DNA from: Octopus vulgaris
Taxonomy: Eukaryota
Direction of reading: 5' to 3'
Assembly: GCA_951406725.2 (NCBI GenBank)
Contig: OX597824.1
Location: forward strand, 53,630,001-53,694,000
DNA: 64,000 nucleotides
In this document: positions 12,593-26,189 of the stretch, one piece after another
Layout: every line of letters begins with the position of its first letter
Position numbering within the stretch: the stretch's first letter is position 1
Position numbers and translations under genes: made by a program
The notes under the pieces: model-generated
The model's input: the letters and a program-made list of their open reading frames with translations, nothing else
The model's database searches: none
Told to the model about the DNA's origin: nothing

Positions 12593-12623
<31 letters not shown>

Positions 12624-12626
<3 letters not shown>

Positions 12627-12995
12627 CAGGGGTGTATGATGAGAAGTTTACTTCCCAACCTCATAGTTCAGGGTTCAATACTAGTGTGTGGTACCTTAGG
12701 TAAGTGTCTTCTACTATAGTCACAGACCAACCAAAGCCTTGTAAGTGGATTTGTTAGATGGAAACTAAAATTGTGTGTGTGTTACTGTCCTTTTGCCTTG
12801 ACATAATGTGTTAGTTGTAAGTGATACCGTAATGCAAATGGTGTCCTTCATTTCTATGTTTGGTCATGGGGACATATTACCTTACTTGGAAGCAGGTGAG
12901 GATTAGCAACGGGCAGGGCATCCAGCCATAGAAAATCCACCTCAACAAACTCTGTCCATCCCATGCAAACATGAAAAAGTAAATATTAAAACAAT
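12624..12995 (+). mobile_element. tRNA-derived SINE with RTE-type tail, degraded
   Basis: GGTTCAATAC B-box, GCCTTGTAAGTGGATTTG core, AGGGCATCCAGCCATAGAAA tail. Confidence 0.65.
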
Positions 12996-13238
12996 GATGA
13001 TGATAATGATATATATATATATATATATACTGGCAAAGTCTGGCCACTTAGTGGAGTGACTAATAAAAGCCTAGCATGTTTTATCATGGATTTAAATATT
13101 CTTTCAGTCATTTAATGAACTACTCTCTCTGCTTCAAGCATGAGTTATGGTTATGTCAATCCAACACAAGAACAACAAATGTATACTATTGACTTTCACA
13201 AGCGTATTTACTAAGTAATTACAAAATTAATCACTTAC

Positions 13239-13286
13239 CAATGTTAGATTGTATTCAATAAACTGACCTTTTAAAGTATCCAACTC
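13239..13286 (-). CDS. NEMF: NEMF exon 13 (ELDTLKGQFIEYNLTL)
   Basis: 48 nt, AG/GTAAGT. Confidence 0.92.
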
Positions 13287-13588
13287 CTGAAATTGAAAGT
13301 TAATTTTTAATAAGACAATTATTGATGAAAAGAAACTTCAAGAAATCAATAATTCTACAAATCTTAACAGGTAATGTGATGATGTTTCTTTAAATATAAT
13401 GTTAAAGAATTGAAACATTTGGAGCATATTCTTCTTCCTTGCTCAAAATCTTAGAATTCTCTCCTTTTCACAATGCTTTAACAATATTTTGTTAGCTCTA
13501 TTTGAACTGATATTTGCTGCCATAGACCACTATTTTTTTGAGGTCTGCCATTTGACTATATATATATATACACATACATACATATATA

Positions 13589-13803
13589 CAGTAATCCCTT
13601 GCCATATTACAGTTCACCTATTGCCGTTTATTATTTAAGCTTACATTGATGCCTCCATGGTGTTGTTTTGCATTTATAATAAAATATATACAAATTATAA
13701 AAATAATAAAAATATACGGTACAGTACTGTTTCTACTTCACAGATTTTCACCTGTCATGGGAGGTTCTGGAACGTAACACCAGCAATAGTTGAGGGATTA
13801 CTG
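13589..13803. mobile_element. Tc1/mariner-superfamily (pogo-like) MITE
   Basis: TA|CAGTAATCCCT ... AGGGATTACTG. Confidence 0.7.
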
Positions 13804-13817
13804 TGTATGTGAATGTG

Positions 13818-13859
<42 letters not shown>

Positions 13860-13865
<6 letters not shown>

Positions 13866-15887
13866 CAAATGTCTGTGTATTTGTATGTCTGTGCATAATG
13901 CCAATGAGTGAATGAGAGGGGAAAGAAAGAAACAGAGAAGCAAAATGAGGAAGTGGCTCTTTACTTCTCCTCCTCAATCTTCGCATTCGTCACAACGTTC
14001 TTCGATAGGGGGAGAAATGTAAATAGTGTAAGTGTGTGAGTGAATTAGAAAGAGAGAGAGTGAAGGAAACAAGCATAGACTAAAAGACAGGAACTATTTC
14101 AGAGGGCAAGAGAGACTATGTGTAAGCATATACTATGTATACAGAATGAGAAAAAGATAGAGAGAAGAGAGAAAGAAACAGAGAGAAAACCAGTTTCTAT
14201 AGGAAAAGTTGAAAGAAAGTGGGATAGCATGAGAGAGAGAGACACTGATGTTTAATACTGTATGTATATTCTATAGGTGAATTGAAAGAAAGCCAGCACG
14301 AAGAGAGGGGGAAAGTGAGAGAGAGAGACGCTGATGTTTGATACTGCATGTATGTATGTGTATGTGTGTGCGCATGTACATGTGGCGGCCACAATCGCCA
14401 TTTTTTCAATCACTCTTATGAAAATATTCACATAACTTTCACTCATTTTTTCATTTAATCACCATTTTAATTTTCAAAAATGTTTCCAAGAAAAATGTTC
14501 TCACTCTCCACAAGAGGAGACAGGGTAGATGTAGAGGATCAGTATTCTACAGTGAAGCAAAGATTAAGTACAGATAGCCACAGTAAGGTCACTAGAGACT
14601 CCTGCACAACAACAGCAAAGACATGAAAATTACCAAAGGAGAGCTGCTGCACAATAGGGCTAATAAGACACAAGAGGCAAAGATAAAATGATTAGAACAA
14701 TTATGTCAACAAAATGCAATCCGCAGGAGCCAAGAGTCAAAAAAGAGAAAACGTTTAAAGGATGCAAGACATAGACAAGCTGCCAGAGTTGGGAATGAGA
14801 CAATAGATCAGCAAGAGATGAGACAAAGGAAAAACCAGGAGTAAACAGTTGCTGCAAGACTTCACCAATCCTCAGAGGAAAGATGTAAACATTTTCATCA
14901 AGAATTGCACATTTTAAGGAAACTTGGAAAAGATCAGCTTCCAACTATGATCCAAAACATGATTATCCTACAGAGAAATTGATTGATATTAGAGCAGTGT
15001 CAAGGGGTGCAGTTTTTGTAAAGGAAAGAAATGGGAAAGCGAAACCACCACTATGTGTTGCGGTGGAGGAACAGTTGTTTTACGGACATTGGATACACCC
15101 ACAGATACTTTGAAGGCATTGCTTTTGGGAAACACACCAACGAGCATGCACTTCTTGAAAAACATTAGGAATTATAATTCTGCTTTCCAAATGACCTCCT
15201 TTGATAGCAAAGTTCAAGGTCAAGTATATCATTGTATTGGATCTTTGTTGCCATCTGAAGGCAACAATCCTCAATTTTTACAGCTATATTTTGTGGCAAA
15301 TTACAAGGAGCAGGCTTTGCAATGGTCACTTAACCTTCCTAATTTGAAAGAAGAGTTAATCTTTGATCTGCAAGTTATGTTGCATGCAAATAATAGCTAC
15401 ATCAGAAGCTTCAAGTATGTACTGGAATCTGCACCACCCGCTGAATACAAGATAGTTATTGATGCAAACAAAAAGCCTATTTCTGAGCACAGAGACTGCT
15501 ACAATGTGCCAGCTACAAATGAAGTAGCAGTAATTATTACAGGCGACGAGGAAGAGAAATATTATTCAAGGAAGAGGAAATAAAATTCAACAGATAAATG
15601 TCGCCCACCAATCATATGATGCACTCCAGTATCTATTAATCTATGTATTTAGCCAAGATGGATACGTAATTTACTTCATCATATGTGATAGAATTTATCT
15701 CTCTTCATAAAAGTGGCAAATTTTGTTGTTTTTTTGTTTTTTTTGTATTATGAATTCAGAATTGATTTCCCAATTAAAGAATAAATTGAATTTAGAATAA
15801 CAAATTTCTAGACAACATATTTTGCGTTTTTCTTCCAATATATTATGAACAATTTCATTCCCAGGTAACGCTGGGTGTCTCTGCTAA
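13860..15887 (+). mobile_element. Internally deleted Helitron
   Basis: Rep N-terminal fragment (MCC..G, F..NIRNYNSAFQMTSF, QGQVYH.IGSL, YNVP...EVAVII); 3' hairpin CCCAG-gtaacg-CTGGG followed by CTAA|T. Confidence 0.85.
15053..15583 (+). pseudogene. Helitron Rep/helicase N-terminal fragment
   Basis: Helitron N-terminal motifs; no HUH or helicase motifs remain. Confidence 0.85.
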
Positions 15888-15928
15888 TATATATATATAT
15901 ATTGATACAAGGTCAGTTGAAGAAAAAG

Positions 15929-16891
15929 TGTTATGACCCAGTTTCGTTGGTTTAGTGCCAGATGGACTGGCGAAAGAAGTTATGGCACTTTGTCCTGTCA
16001 TCTGTAGGGAAAATTAATGTGTTAGGAAGTGACATTTTTTGATCCCTACAGTCAGGGAAAGTTTAAGAAAAAAATAAATCTACCACCCTTTAAAATGTGG
16101 CAAGCTGGGGGTTTGATAGTCAGTTGGCAACAGGGTAGTTGGCGTGAGGGTCAATGCAGAGTCGGTTGTGATGGCGAGAAAGACAGACACAGGGGATTGA
16201 GGATTTGTCAAGCGAGAGGAAGTGAGGGAGATTACGGCGAGAAGGCCGTGTTGTAGTAGGAGCTGAAATTGTTGCAGACTCAGAACGTGTGGTAATGTTT
16301 GTTTATGTTTTTGTTGTCGAATTTTGGATGGTGATGTGCATTAAAAGAAAAGAGAAAAGAACTTGTGAACTGTGTCAGAAAAAAAGGAAAAAGAACATTG
16401 TATCAAAAGAACTGTAAAAAGAGAAGGAAAAAGAAGGGAAAAGAACATTGTGACATAAACTGTAATCTATTGAAATGTAAAGAGAATTGTTGAAGAGAAG
16501 AGAAAGACTTTAATGTGGACTGTTTTCGAACTCTGTATTGTGTTGAACATTTGTTTTGATTGTTTTTGGACGTTGTGTTACGTTTAAATGCATTGATTGT
16601 TTTTCTTTTAACTCTGTACAATCTGTTAGATGTTTTTCTTTAAATGTATCTGATATGTATTACGTTTTATTTGACGTTATAAAAATTGTATAAACTGTTG
16701 TTAAATGTAAGCAACTGCCTTCCGCTGTCTCTCTCTTCCTGTTGTTGTTGTTGTTGTCTCCGGTCTGTGTTCGCTGCCATCCCCACCACCGTTTTCTGTG
16801 GTGGATTTCCGATTTGACTGAGCGTGGTAGTCGTCGTCGCTCGACTTAGTAGGGTCCCGAGTTCGAGTTGAGCGACGGCAGGTTCGTAACA
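15929..16891. mobile_element. LTR-like element (solo or orphan LTR)
   Basis: TGTTATGA...TCGTAACA inverted termini, CpG-rich, purine run just before TG; no TSD seen. Confidence 0.5.
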
Positions 16892-16965
16892 ATATATATA
16901 TAAACATTATTCTTTCTAAATCTCTCAAAAAGAGGTATTCAGTAAGAGTACTTTAAAGTAAAAAC

Positions 16966-17144
16966 TATTTGCCAACATAAAGTGGCAGTCCTGGATGGGA
17001 TGAATGTTACTGTTGTTTAGCCCCTGTTCGATAATATAAGGATACAGATATTGTGTTGTATAGTCAGCTGGAAACAACATTTCCTGGGGCTAAACAACAG
17101 TAACATTCGTCCCATCCGGGACTGCTACATTATATTGGCAAATA
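16966..17144. repeat. Hairpin MITE-like inverted repeat (~60-bp arms)
   Basis: TATTTGCCAACATAAAGTGGCAGTCC...AGCCCC pairs with GGGGCT...GGACTGCTACATTATATTGGCAAATA. Confidence 0.75.
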
Positions 17145-17742
17145 ATCTTTACTTTATGTGTGTGTGAGTGTGTGTACATAAATGTCAAATGATGAAAATG
17201 AGTGTGCAACACCACATACATATAATTTCTAAACTCCTTCATTAATTGACCCTCTGACACAAAAAAATTAACAATAATTGGCAAATAAGCTATTATTCCA
17301 TTCATTTAATAATTTAAATCTGTAACTTTGGATGTCTGCAAATCAAATAAAGTATCTACCCACACCCAGTATCATTGATATACCTTAAGCCAGCACTTAT
17401 TTGCATAGTTCCAAACAGCAGCTGAGTTTCTTGCATGTGAAAGCTAGAAAACACTATAATCATTGTAATTATCATCCTCATCATTTTAACACTTGTTTCT
17501 TCATTTCTCATTAATTGAATTTACACAATTCACTCTAACTCCTGTCATACTCTGTTCAAACAACTTCTCTCTATGTTTCCCTCAGTTTGTAATAGCAACT
17601 CTTCACCATCAACTCATAGTATTTTAACACACAATATGCATCAGTAGTACATTCCTAATCCATTCCTCATATTGCCTGCAATTTCTAAGACAGTGGTTTT
17701 CTGCTAAATTGAAGACGAGACAATTTAGAACAAAATATATAC

Positions 17743-17820
17743 CTGGACTTTTTGTAATTCTTGCATCCTTTTTTCGTGATCCTTTTTCACATTTTCCAAT
17801 TTTTTCACTGCAATTTTTTC
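17743..17820 (-). CDS. NEMF: NEMF exon 12 (EKIAVKKLENVKKDHEKRMQELQKVQ)
   Basis: 78 nt, AG/GT; coiled-coil region. Confidence 0.95.
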
Positions 17821-18020
17821 CTGAAGCAATAAATTAAAGTTTAATTCATGATTTGGTCAAGATATTACAAAATAAGGAAAATGATATTATAATATGGTAG
17901 GAAACCTAATTCAAAATCAATAAACTTTTTGATCTAATATTAACAATTAAAAAATTAATAATTTTGGAAAATCATTTGTAAGATTCATGAAAAAATCCTC
18001 TGGTTTGAAATATGAATTAC

Positions 18021-18083
18021 CTGCTGTAATATCTTCATATCTAACTTTTGGGTTTCTAATTTAGAAAAAAATTCATCAACAGC
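18021..18083 (-). CDS. NEMF: NEMF exon 11 (AVDEFFSKLETQKLDMKILQQ)
   Basis: 63 nt, AG/GT. Confidence 0.95.
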
Positions 18084-18369
18084 CTATAAAAAAAGAAAAG
18101 AAACAAAACACTAACTTAACAAAAATAAACAAAGAAATTATTTTGTAAGAGAAAAACAAAATATGAAAATTGCATGTTAGAATTTTTTTACATGCATTAA
18201 ATCTTTTACAGAGTTGATGTTAATCTTTTATGTAAATTATATAAACCTTTTAGATAGATTATTTAAACATTTTGTCAGTTTTTTCCTTGCTTGCATAAGT
18301 TATATTGCTCTTCTGCAGCACAGCATCTTGTTGCGGTCCCTTGTCATCCCCACTGTGAAGTTCAGCATC

Positions 18370-18790
18370 CTAAGACTGCTTTCACCATTTCTCTCTATGT
18401 TCTCTTCTTCCACTCAGATCCCTTAGCACTTACCTGCCATTCTCTATATGCATCACATATCCATACCTGTGCAGTCTCTTCTCTTACACTCTACAGTCAT
18501 TTCTCCCTATACCCGGTTTTTCTCTCAGATCATTTGTGCTCCAAAATTTATTCATACTACCATTATACATCCAGTAGAATGTGCTCACCTAATTTTTTCC
18601 AGCTCACTCACAGGCTCTGTATTCAATACCTATGCAATGATGCCACACAATATCACACAAGCACCATTCAGTCTGCCCTTCACACAAAGGGAAGTCCTTT
18701 TGTTGCCAACAGAGTTAACAGTTCTATAAAAGTTTTCCACACTGTTCTTCCTCTGGCTACAGAAACTCACTTTCATTGTCAATTCGGTCA
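18370..18790 (-). mobile_element. Degraded RTE LINE fragment
   Basis: Minus-strand WKTFIELL.LLATKGL...KGRL, similar to the copy at 30.5 kb. Confidence 0.55.
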
Positions 18791-19029
18791 CATATGTTAA
18801 CAGAAGCAGTCAGCTACTTCTAAAGAAACTTCCAGATATTTGAAGAAATTCATTTAATAATTGCCCTTTCTGGTAACTATTTCAGTATATCTGCTACATA
18901 AAAAATTCTTCTCTGTCGGCCTGCCTATGATTCTATTACATCTTTTGTGCACTATAGTTTACCATATGCGTAATCTGTTTCTGCATTTTCTGCATAACCA
19001 CTTTGCAAATAGCAGATGAGTCTTATATT

Positions 19030-19922
19030 CTTTTTATGCTCCACTGGATGTGTAACATCAGTGTGCATGAACAACAAAGCACAAATGAGTTGAGAGAAAA
19101 GTTGGCTATAAGAGGAATCAAATGCAGCATGCAAGAGAGAAGACTATGTTGGTTTGGACATGTGATGCATATGAATGAGGACAGCAGTATGAAGAAGTGC
19201 CAGTCACTTAAAGTGGATGGTACCTGTGGAAGAGGGAGACCCAGGAAGACATGGGGTGAAGTGGTGAGGGCCAATCTCAGGATGTTGGGGATCACAGGGA
19301 AAATGACAATGGACAGAGATGTCTGGCAATATGAAGTTCTAGCGAAGACTCATCCATGTCAGTGAAACTGGATACTAGAAGCACTGTGATTTCCACCCAC
19401 ACATAACAAAACTTTTCACACACCCTACTCCAACAAACTAAACTACATCTCTTCCCCCAAACTGCATCTCTTCTCTTCCTCACATTTCCTTTCATACACT
19501 ATAATTATCTCCCACTCCCCAATCCTGTCCTCACTGCCCTGCTCACTATCATTACTATCTCCACTCACTCTACATACTCAGATTCTCACCAGTCACTGCA
19601 TTACCCACCCCCACTCCCTACTCACACTTTTTGCCAATATATCTTCCACTTATATTATGACCTCCATACCTTGAGTGTATGCTCTGGCACTTGCCACCAT
19701 CTACCACTCTCTTCTTTTACTCTATCATTCCATCTATGTTCTGATCCCCATTCCTTGTGGGTATGCCTTGACATTTTGCCACCATCTCTCTCCTACTCTC
19801 ATTTACACTCTTGTTATCTTACACTCTCTCTCTTTCTCTTGTCCTTCCCTCTGGCTGGGTAACCATGCATCTCCATTACAGCAGCACACCTGTTTCTGTC
19901 CTCATTCTTGATCATGATCTCA

Positions 19923-19960
<38 letters not shown>

Positions 19961-20370
19961 GACTGAGTAACCATGTACCTCCTCTACAGCAAGTCATCTA
20001 TTTCTATTTTTCTGTCTCTCTCTGTCACAATCTAACTTTTCTAAAGCAAGACACCTGTTTCTGTCTCCTTGTCTCAATCTAACCTTTAATCTTCTGATAC
20101 ATCTTCCAATGCCCCCTCTCCTCTCAAAGATTCCTTACTTGGTAACCCTGCCAGTACTGATGCTACATAAAAAACATCCAGTCCACACTGTAAAGTATTT
20201 GGCATTTGGAAGGGCATCCAGCTGTAAAAAACATGCCAAAACTGACCTCACTTATGCTGGTGCCTCGTAAAAAGTACAGACACAGAAGTCTGGTGCAGTC
20301 TTCTGCCTGGCCAGCTCCTGTCAAACCGTCCAATCAATGCCAGCAGGGAAGGTAGATATTAAATGATGAT
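19030..20370 (+). mobile_element. 5'-truncated RTE LINE 3' end
   Basis: MQERRLCWFGHV...GRGRPRKTW, pyrimidine-rich 3'UTR, ...AAATGATGATGAT tail. Confidence 0.8.
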
Positions 20371-20751
20371 GATATTAAAAACTTATATCAGATAGGTTTA
20401 CTTTAAGGCCTCTCAATTCTAGGTTTTGCTTTCATGGTTGTAATTTCTGTAATTCTTCAACAGCTTTAGCTATGAGAACTGGCTCATTGACATACATATG
20501 ATCCAACAGGTCTTAACGTCCTGATATATTATAGAAATCTTTTATATAGTTATTAATTATATACACTTCTTACATATATTTTCCTGCATAAATATATCCA
20601 ACTTTGTAAAAAATATTTTATAACCTTATCTTTATTAAGACATATAAATTTTATTTGCTTCATTTAAATGTACATTAAATATAATTACATCAAAAAAGAA
20701 ATTTAAAAACAATTGAATACATGTTATTTTTAATGTATAATATTTCAATAC

Positions 20752-20827
20752 CTTATCAAAACTGTCCATTTCTAAATAAGGCCGTTTTTCATACTGACAG
20801 AAAAGATATGGATGGAATTCATCATAT
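20752..20827 (-). CDS. NEMF: NEMF exon 10 (YDEFHPYLFCQYEKRPYLEMDSFDK)
   Basis: 76 nt, AG/GT. Confidence 0.95.
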
Positions 20828-21177
20828 CTGAAGAATACAAAAAATTTTTTAACTGTTAGATAACCATATATTATGAAACTAATGTAAAAATGGCAGACAA
20901 GACATAAAACCCTGAACAGCCCTCTTGAATATGACACAAATCTATCATGGGTAAAATTCCTGGAGCATCTGGTACCAATGCTTTACAGTTAGTTAAATAC
21001 AGACAGGAGAATTAAGAGAATTAAGAAAAAATACCCACAACTACCTTCATCATTAGTTTACTACTGTTTTCATCACCAGTATCATTTTCTTTACATTTTA
21101 AAAATTCTTTATTAATATTATCTTTATTACTACTACTATTATTTTCCTGTGATATTGCTTCATTTAACAATCTCAAC

Positions 21178-22142
21178 TACAGAGTATCAAACAGATGTTT
21201 AGAGTAGGTATTGTCATGTATTGATGGCATTTCCCATTATAATGTTGCTATAAAAAGGTGTAAAATTAATTTAAACTCAATATATAGAAATATAAATTTA
21301 AATAAAACTATGGCAGCAAAATTGACAGTAGAGCTAAACCACTACCTTGTCAATCTTGTGTCAACTAAAACCATTTATCATGAGCTCCCTAAAGCTGGAT
21401 ACCATGGGAGGGTTGCAATTTCTGAACTTCTGTTTTTTCCTATCAACATTGATAAGCAAACAAAATTGTGTCTAGATTACCAGAAGTGGTCAATGGCTCA
21501 TGAAACAATGTCATTTCTAATGAATCATCATTCACCCTTTTCCTCAATTCAGAATGAGTCTGGAAACAAGCCTTCAACCTTGACTGCTTGGTCCCCAATT
21601 GCGAAGCATGAAGGTGGCTCTTTGATGATTTGTGCAGCTATACCATGAAATTCTCTTGGCCCTTTAGTTGTTTCACATAGCAAAGTTAACACCAAGGATG
21701 ATCTGAGTATTTTGGCTGATCATGTTCATTCTATGGTACAAACATTGTTACTTCATATAGCACAATCTTCCAGGATGATAATGTATCAATTCACATGGCA
21801 AATGTGATTCAAAATTGGAACAAAGAGCACAAAATTTAAGTAAACCACCTGGATTGACCCTACAAACACCACCACAATCACTAGATATCAATATAATTGA
21901 ATATTTACGGTGCATTTTCAAGCAGCAAGTGAGGAGTCACTTTGCTCCACCCTCACTGCTGAAAGAGCTAAAGCAAGTTTTACTTGAAGAATGGCTCAAA
22001 ATTCCCCAAACATCTGCTCAGAACCTGGACAAGTCAATTCCTTGACATATCAAAACTGTAAGTGATGCCAAAGTTTGACCAACTCCATATTAGGTAATAA
22101 AACTTCCATTTAAGAAGGTGCTTCCAATATTTTGTCTAACTG
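21178..22142 (+). mobile_element. Degraded Tc1-like transposon
   Basis: KHEGGSLMI, FQDDN and PPQSLDINIIE motifs across frameshifts. Confidence 0.7.
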
Positions 22143-22427
22143 TATTTCATGTGTATGTGTGTGTGTGTCCTTGTTTTCAGATTATGCAACAGTTGCAAAT
22201 AAGCAGCAATGTCATACAAGTGATGCCATTTGTTTCCAATCTTATTTTGAAACCTGCCCAGCAAAGGAGACATTTCTTGCTTGGTGAGAATTGGCAACAG
22301 AAAGGGCATCTGGCTGTAGAAAATTTGCCTCAAAGGATTGTCTGACTCATGCAAATATGGAAAAATGGACATTAAAATCATAATAGTGATGATATGCCTA
22401 CACATAAACTAAGAAAGGTGCATATAT

Positions 22428-23390
22428 ACAGGATGTTCAGGCTAAATTTAACAGTTTGCATATCACATCCATGCATGTACTTTAAAAAAATCATAAAATA
22501 TCAACTAGATTATGGCTGGGGGTAACAGTTTACTCAGAGTACCCACCACAGCCTTCAGACATCTCCAGAACCTGGCACACACATTCCTTATACCTTGATC
22601 TTGCCCACCAGCTTGGCCTTCGTGCTGCAGGCAGTGTAACTGGTTTTCCTCAACCACACTCCATACACTGTAATCCATGAATTACAACTTAGGGAGTCCA
22701 GAAAGTGAGAAGTTGAGGTTGGTGAAGTTGTTGAAATTCTCCAACAACCATTTCTGACTCTTTCCAAATGTATAGCAAGGAAGTATGATGTCACCCTCAT
22801 TGGAGACACACCCAAAGACCATCACAGATTGGGGGAATTTGATTTTCATATATGGGACATCATATGGATTATAGGCAAGCCCCCTGTTGATCTGGGTGTT
22901 GTGCAACTAGTCCAGGAAGAAGTTATTTTCTTCTGAGAAGAACCAGATCATCCTCAGCTCAACAGGATGCCTCAGCTTGTTCAGGAGCTTTTTTGCTTTC
23001 ATCAAGTGGTTCTCTTGGTCTTCACTGTCAGAATTTGTCCCTAACAAGTAGTAATGAAGATCTTCATTCAGGTGGCGACTCCAACACTCATCTCTTTCAC
23101 CAAAGCCCAGGTCCCCTTGCTCAGATCTTCCATCACCATATCCAGAAGTAGTCACATGAATACTAGCATGCAAGTGCAGTCAGAATGCCTGCTGTGTTCC
23201 TTCCTGCTGGCTACAGCATTGGAGTCTTCATTGTAGCTGTCCATGTGATGTCTTACAGCCTTTACAAATTTCACAAACACTAAGCAGTTGTCATCATGTC
23301 AGTGTTTTGATACCCAGTGCAAATCATCATGATACTGGTAACTCTAATTTTTATGTTCTCAAATGCCGTTGACTGTTCCCCTCAACAAAA
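22428..23390 (-). mobile_element. Degraded Tc1/mariner-superfamily transposon (possibly DD37D/maT-like)
   Basis: FFSEE..F, KFPQSVMVFGCVS motifs; TA|CAGG terminus. Confidence 0.55.
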
Positions 23391-24219
23391 TTCTGCCCAA
23401 CACATGCAAGCATGGAAAAGTGGATGATGAGGAGATGATTTTATTATATATATATATATATAAATTAAGTGGCTAGACGCAATTTAAAACCAAAAACGGA
23501 AATAATTCACTGTCACTGAAAGTGACCAAGGAGCACCAGTATTGCTAGAAATAAGAGTTTTTGAACAATGAGAATGACTGCATTGGTAGATTCAGATTCT
23601 TTAGCTATGTATCAAGGCTACCATTGGTTTCATGTTAAGAAAAATCTCAATTTTTCAAGCCAATCACATAGAAAAATTGCTTTTCATTTCCATTTTGGAT
23701 TAAAGTCACAGGAAGTCTTGCAAGAAATTTTGGTAAGCAAAAACAAGAAATAAAGGGAAACGACACTTGGAGAACAACTCTTAGACAATTATCCTCCTTA
23801 GATTTGACATTTGGAGAAAATGAAGTGTCAATGTTTTAGCATGTATGTGTATACATGTATTTTTATGTGTATACATGTGTATGTATACATGTGTATACAT
23901 GTATTTTAGCATGTATGTGTATACATGTATTTTTATCTTAAACTTTTGCACATAAAAGCTTATATTAATTTGTATGTGCACCTGACTGCCAAGAGTTTAC
24001 TTTGAGTTTTGGTGCCAAAACTTTGCAGCTTTTGTAATTTCATGTTATTAATTCATGTGCATTTTGTGTGCATATTTGTGGATTAGTGTACATACTTTTT
24101 TGTTTCAGTCTTTGTATTACATGGTTTTCTGTGCGTCCACATACATCCACATATATGTACATGCATACTTACACACAGAACACAACACACATTACTGTAG
24201 ATACATACACATTCTTGCA

Positions 24220-24251
<32 letters not shown>

Positions 24252-24579
24252 TAAATGCCACAAAATTTCCATGTGTATATTTTGGACCTGTGCACATGAT
24301 TGTTTAGTTTCATGTGGTCAATACATTTTTTTATAAATACGCATAATTTGTGGGATTTTACACATCTTGCACATATGTTTTACATGTTTATTTCATGTGT
24401 ATTACATATTCTTATACTTATTTCAATGTCAAATTCACAAGGTTTTGGGTTGCTGAATGATAAGTTTGTTTATATTATGTAATGTGCTGGGTATGTGTAA
24501 TGCTCATATATTTGTGTATTGAGGGAGCTCAGCATGAGGGTATGTGTTTTATGATGCATATATGAATATATATATATAC

Positions 24580-25019
24580 ATCAAAATAAGCAACATGGAT
24601 ATCCAGAGGTAATGCAGTACAATCGTTTCATGCAACTCCATTCAATTGAACAATGCAATCATTACATCAATTTAAAATGCAGAGCAATCCTCAGCTGCAC
24701 AAAGACATAGAATTTAATTTAAATTAGAATAGATAAACATATTAGTATAATTATACCTAAAATCTCCAAGAAGTAGTAGCTTCTAAGCTGAAGTGAAGGC
24801 AGCATGTTCTTGTCTATCTCCTTAATTTCTTGGAGATTTTAGGTATAATTATACTAATATGTCCATCTGTTCTAATTTAAATTAAATTCTATGTCTTTGT
24901 GCAGCTGAGGATTGCTCTGTATTTTAAATTGATGTAATAATTGCATTGTTCAATTAAATGGAGTTGCATGAAATGATTGTACTGCATTACCTTTGGATAT
25001 CCTTGTTGTTTATTTTGAT
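24580..25019. mobile_element. Penelope-like inverted pLTR pair (~193-bp arms)
   Basis: 24580-24772 is the reverse complement of 24827-25019; each arm has a hammerhead core. Confidence 0.75.
24613..24699 (-). ncRNA. Minimal type I hammerhead ribozyme motif
   Basis: TGCAG-CTGAGGA-[long stem II]-GAAAC-GATT-GTA^CTGCA. Confidence 0.6.
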
Positions 25020-25097
25020 TCTAATCATCTTATTTTGAAATTGTATGGATAATACCGTACTAATTCTGGTGCCTCAACTTATGTACCATATTCATCT

Positions 25098-25154
<57 letters not shown>

Positions 25155-25769
25155 ATACACCTAGAATCATACACAGAACAATACATAGGTGGCTGAATGG
25201 CAAAGTGACATTGACATCAAATATAGCTTAATCTAAGAAGAGATGATGTCTTATTTTTAAATATAGAAAGTAGTAGAAGTTCATACTTTTTCTAGGATAT
25301 AAACAATGTTTATATTCTTGAATAAACCCTTGAATTATCTAAAAACTCACCTTCAGTTCTAACACATTCCCTTTCAAAACAATGTGAATACAATTCTGAC
25401 AGACATTGATCACCATCTTCATCATCATTTTAACATTCACTTTTCCATGCTTGCATGAATCAGACAAAGCTTATTCAGGCAGATTTTCAACAACTGGATG
25501 CCTTTCCTGTCACCAACACTCACCTGTTTCCAAGCAAAGTAATATTTGCTCATGACTAAACATGTTTTCACAAAATATTGGAATTAATGATACTACTTGT
25601 ATGACAGTGACACTCATTTACAAATATTATGCAATGTCAAGACAAAGCAAAATAAAACATACACACATATATACACACACACACATTTACATACAAACAC
25701 ATACGCACATACACTCGACATACATGTACACACACACATGTACATACATACGCACACACATACACACAT

Positions 25770-26140
25770 TGTCTTTTATTTATTTGTCATTAGACTGTGG
25801 CCATGTTGGGGTACCACCTTAAAGAATTTCAGTCAACATAATCAGCCCCAATACTTATTTCTTTTTAAGCCTGGTACTTATTCTATCAATGACTTTTGCC
25901 AACCCATTAAGTTATGGGGACATAAACACACCAACAACAGTTGTCAAGTAGTAGTGGGAAGAGGCAGACACACACACATATATATACAACACGAGTTTTT
26001 TTTCAGCTTCCATCTACCAAATCCACTCACAAGGCTTGGTCAACCTGAGACTATAGTTGAAGACACTTGCCCAAGGTGCCACGCATTGAGGCTGAACTTG
26101 AGACCATGTGATTGGAATGCAAACTTCTTACCACACACCC
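25770..26140 (-). mobile_element. tRNA-derived SINE (same family as 55078)
   Basis: Reverse complement of the 55078-type head, core and tail. Confidence 0.7.
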
Positions 26141-26149
26141 ACACCACAC

Positions 26150-26184
<35 letters not shown>

Positions 26185-26189
26185 CATAT

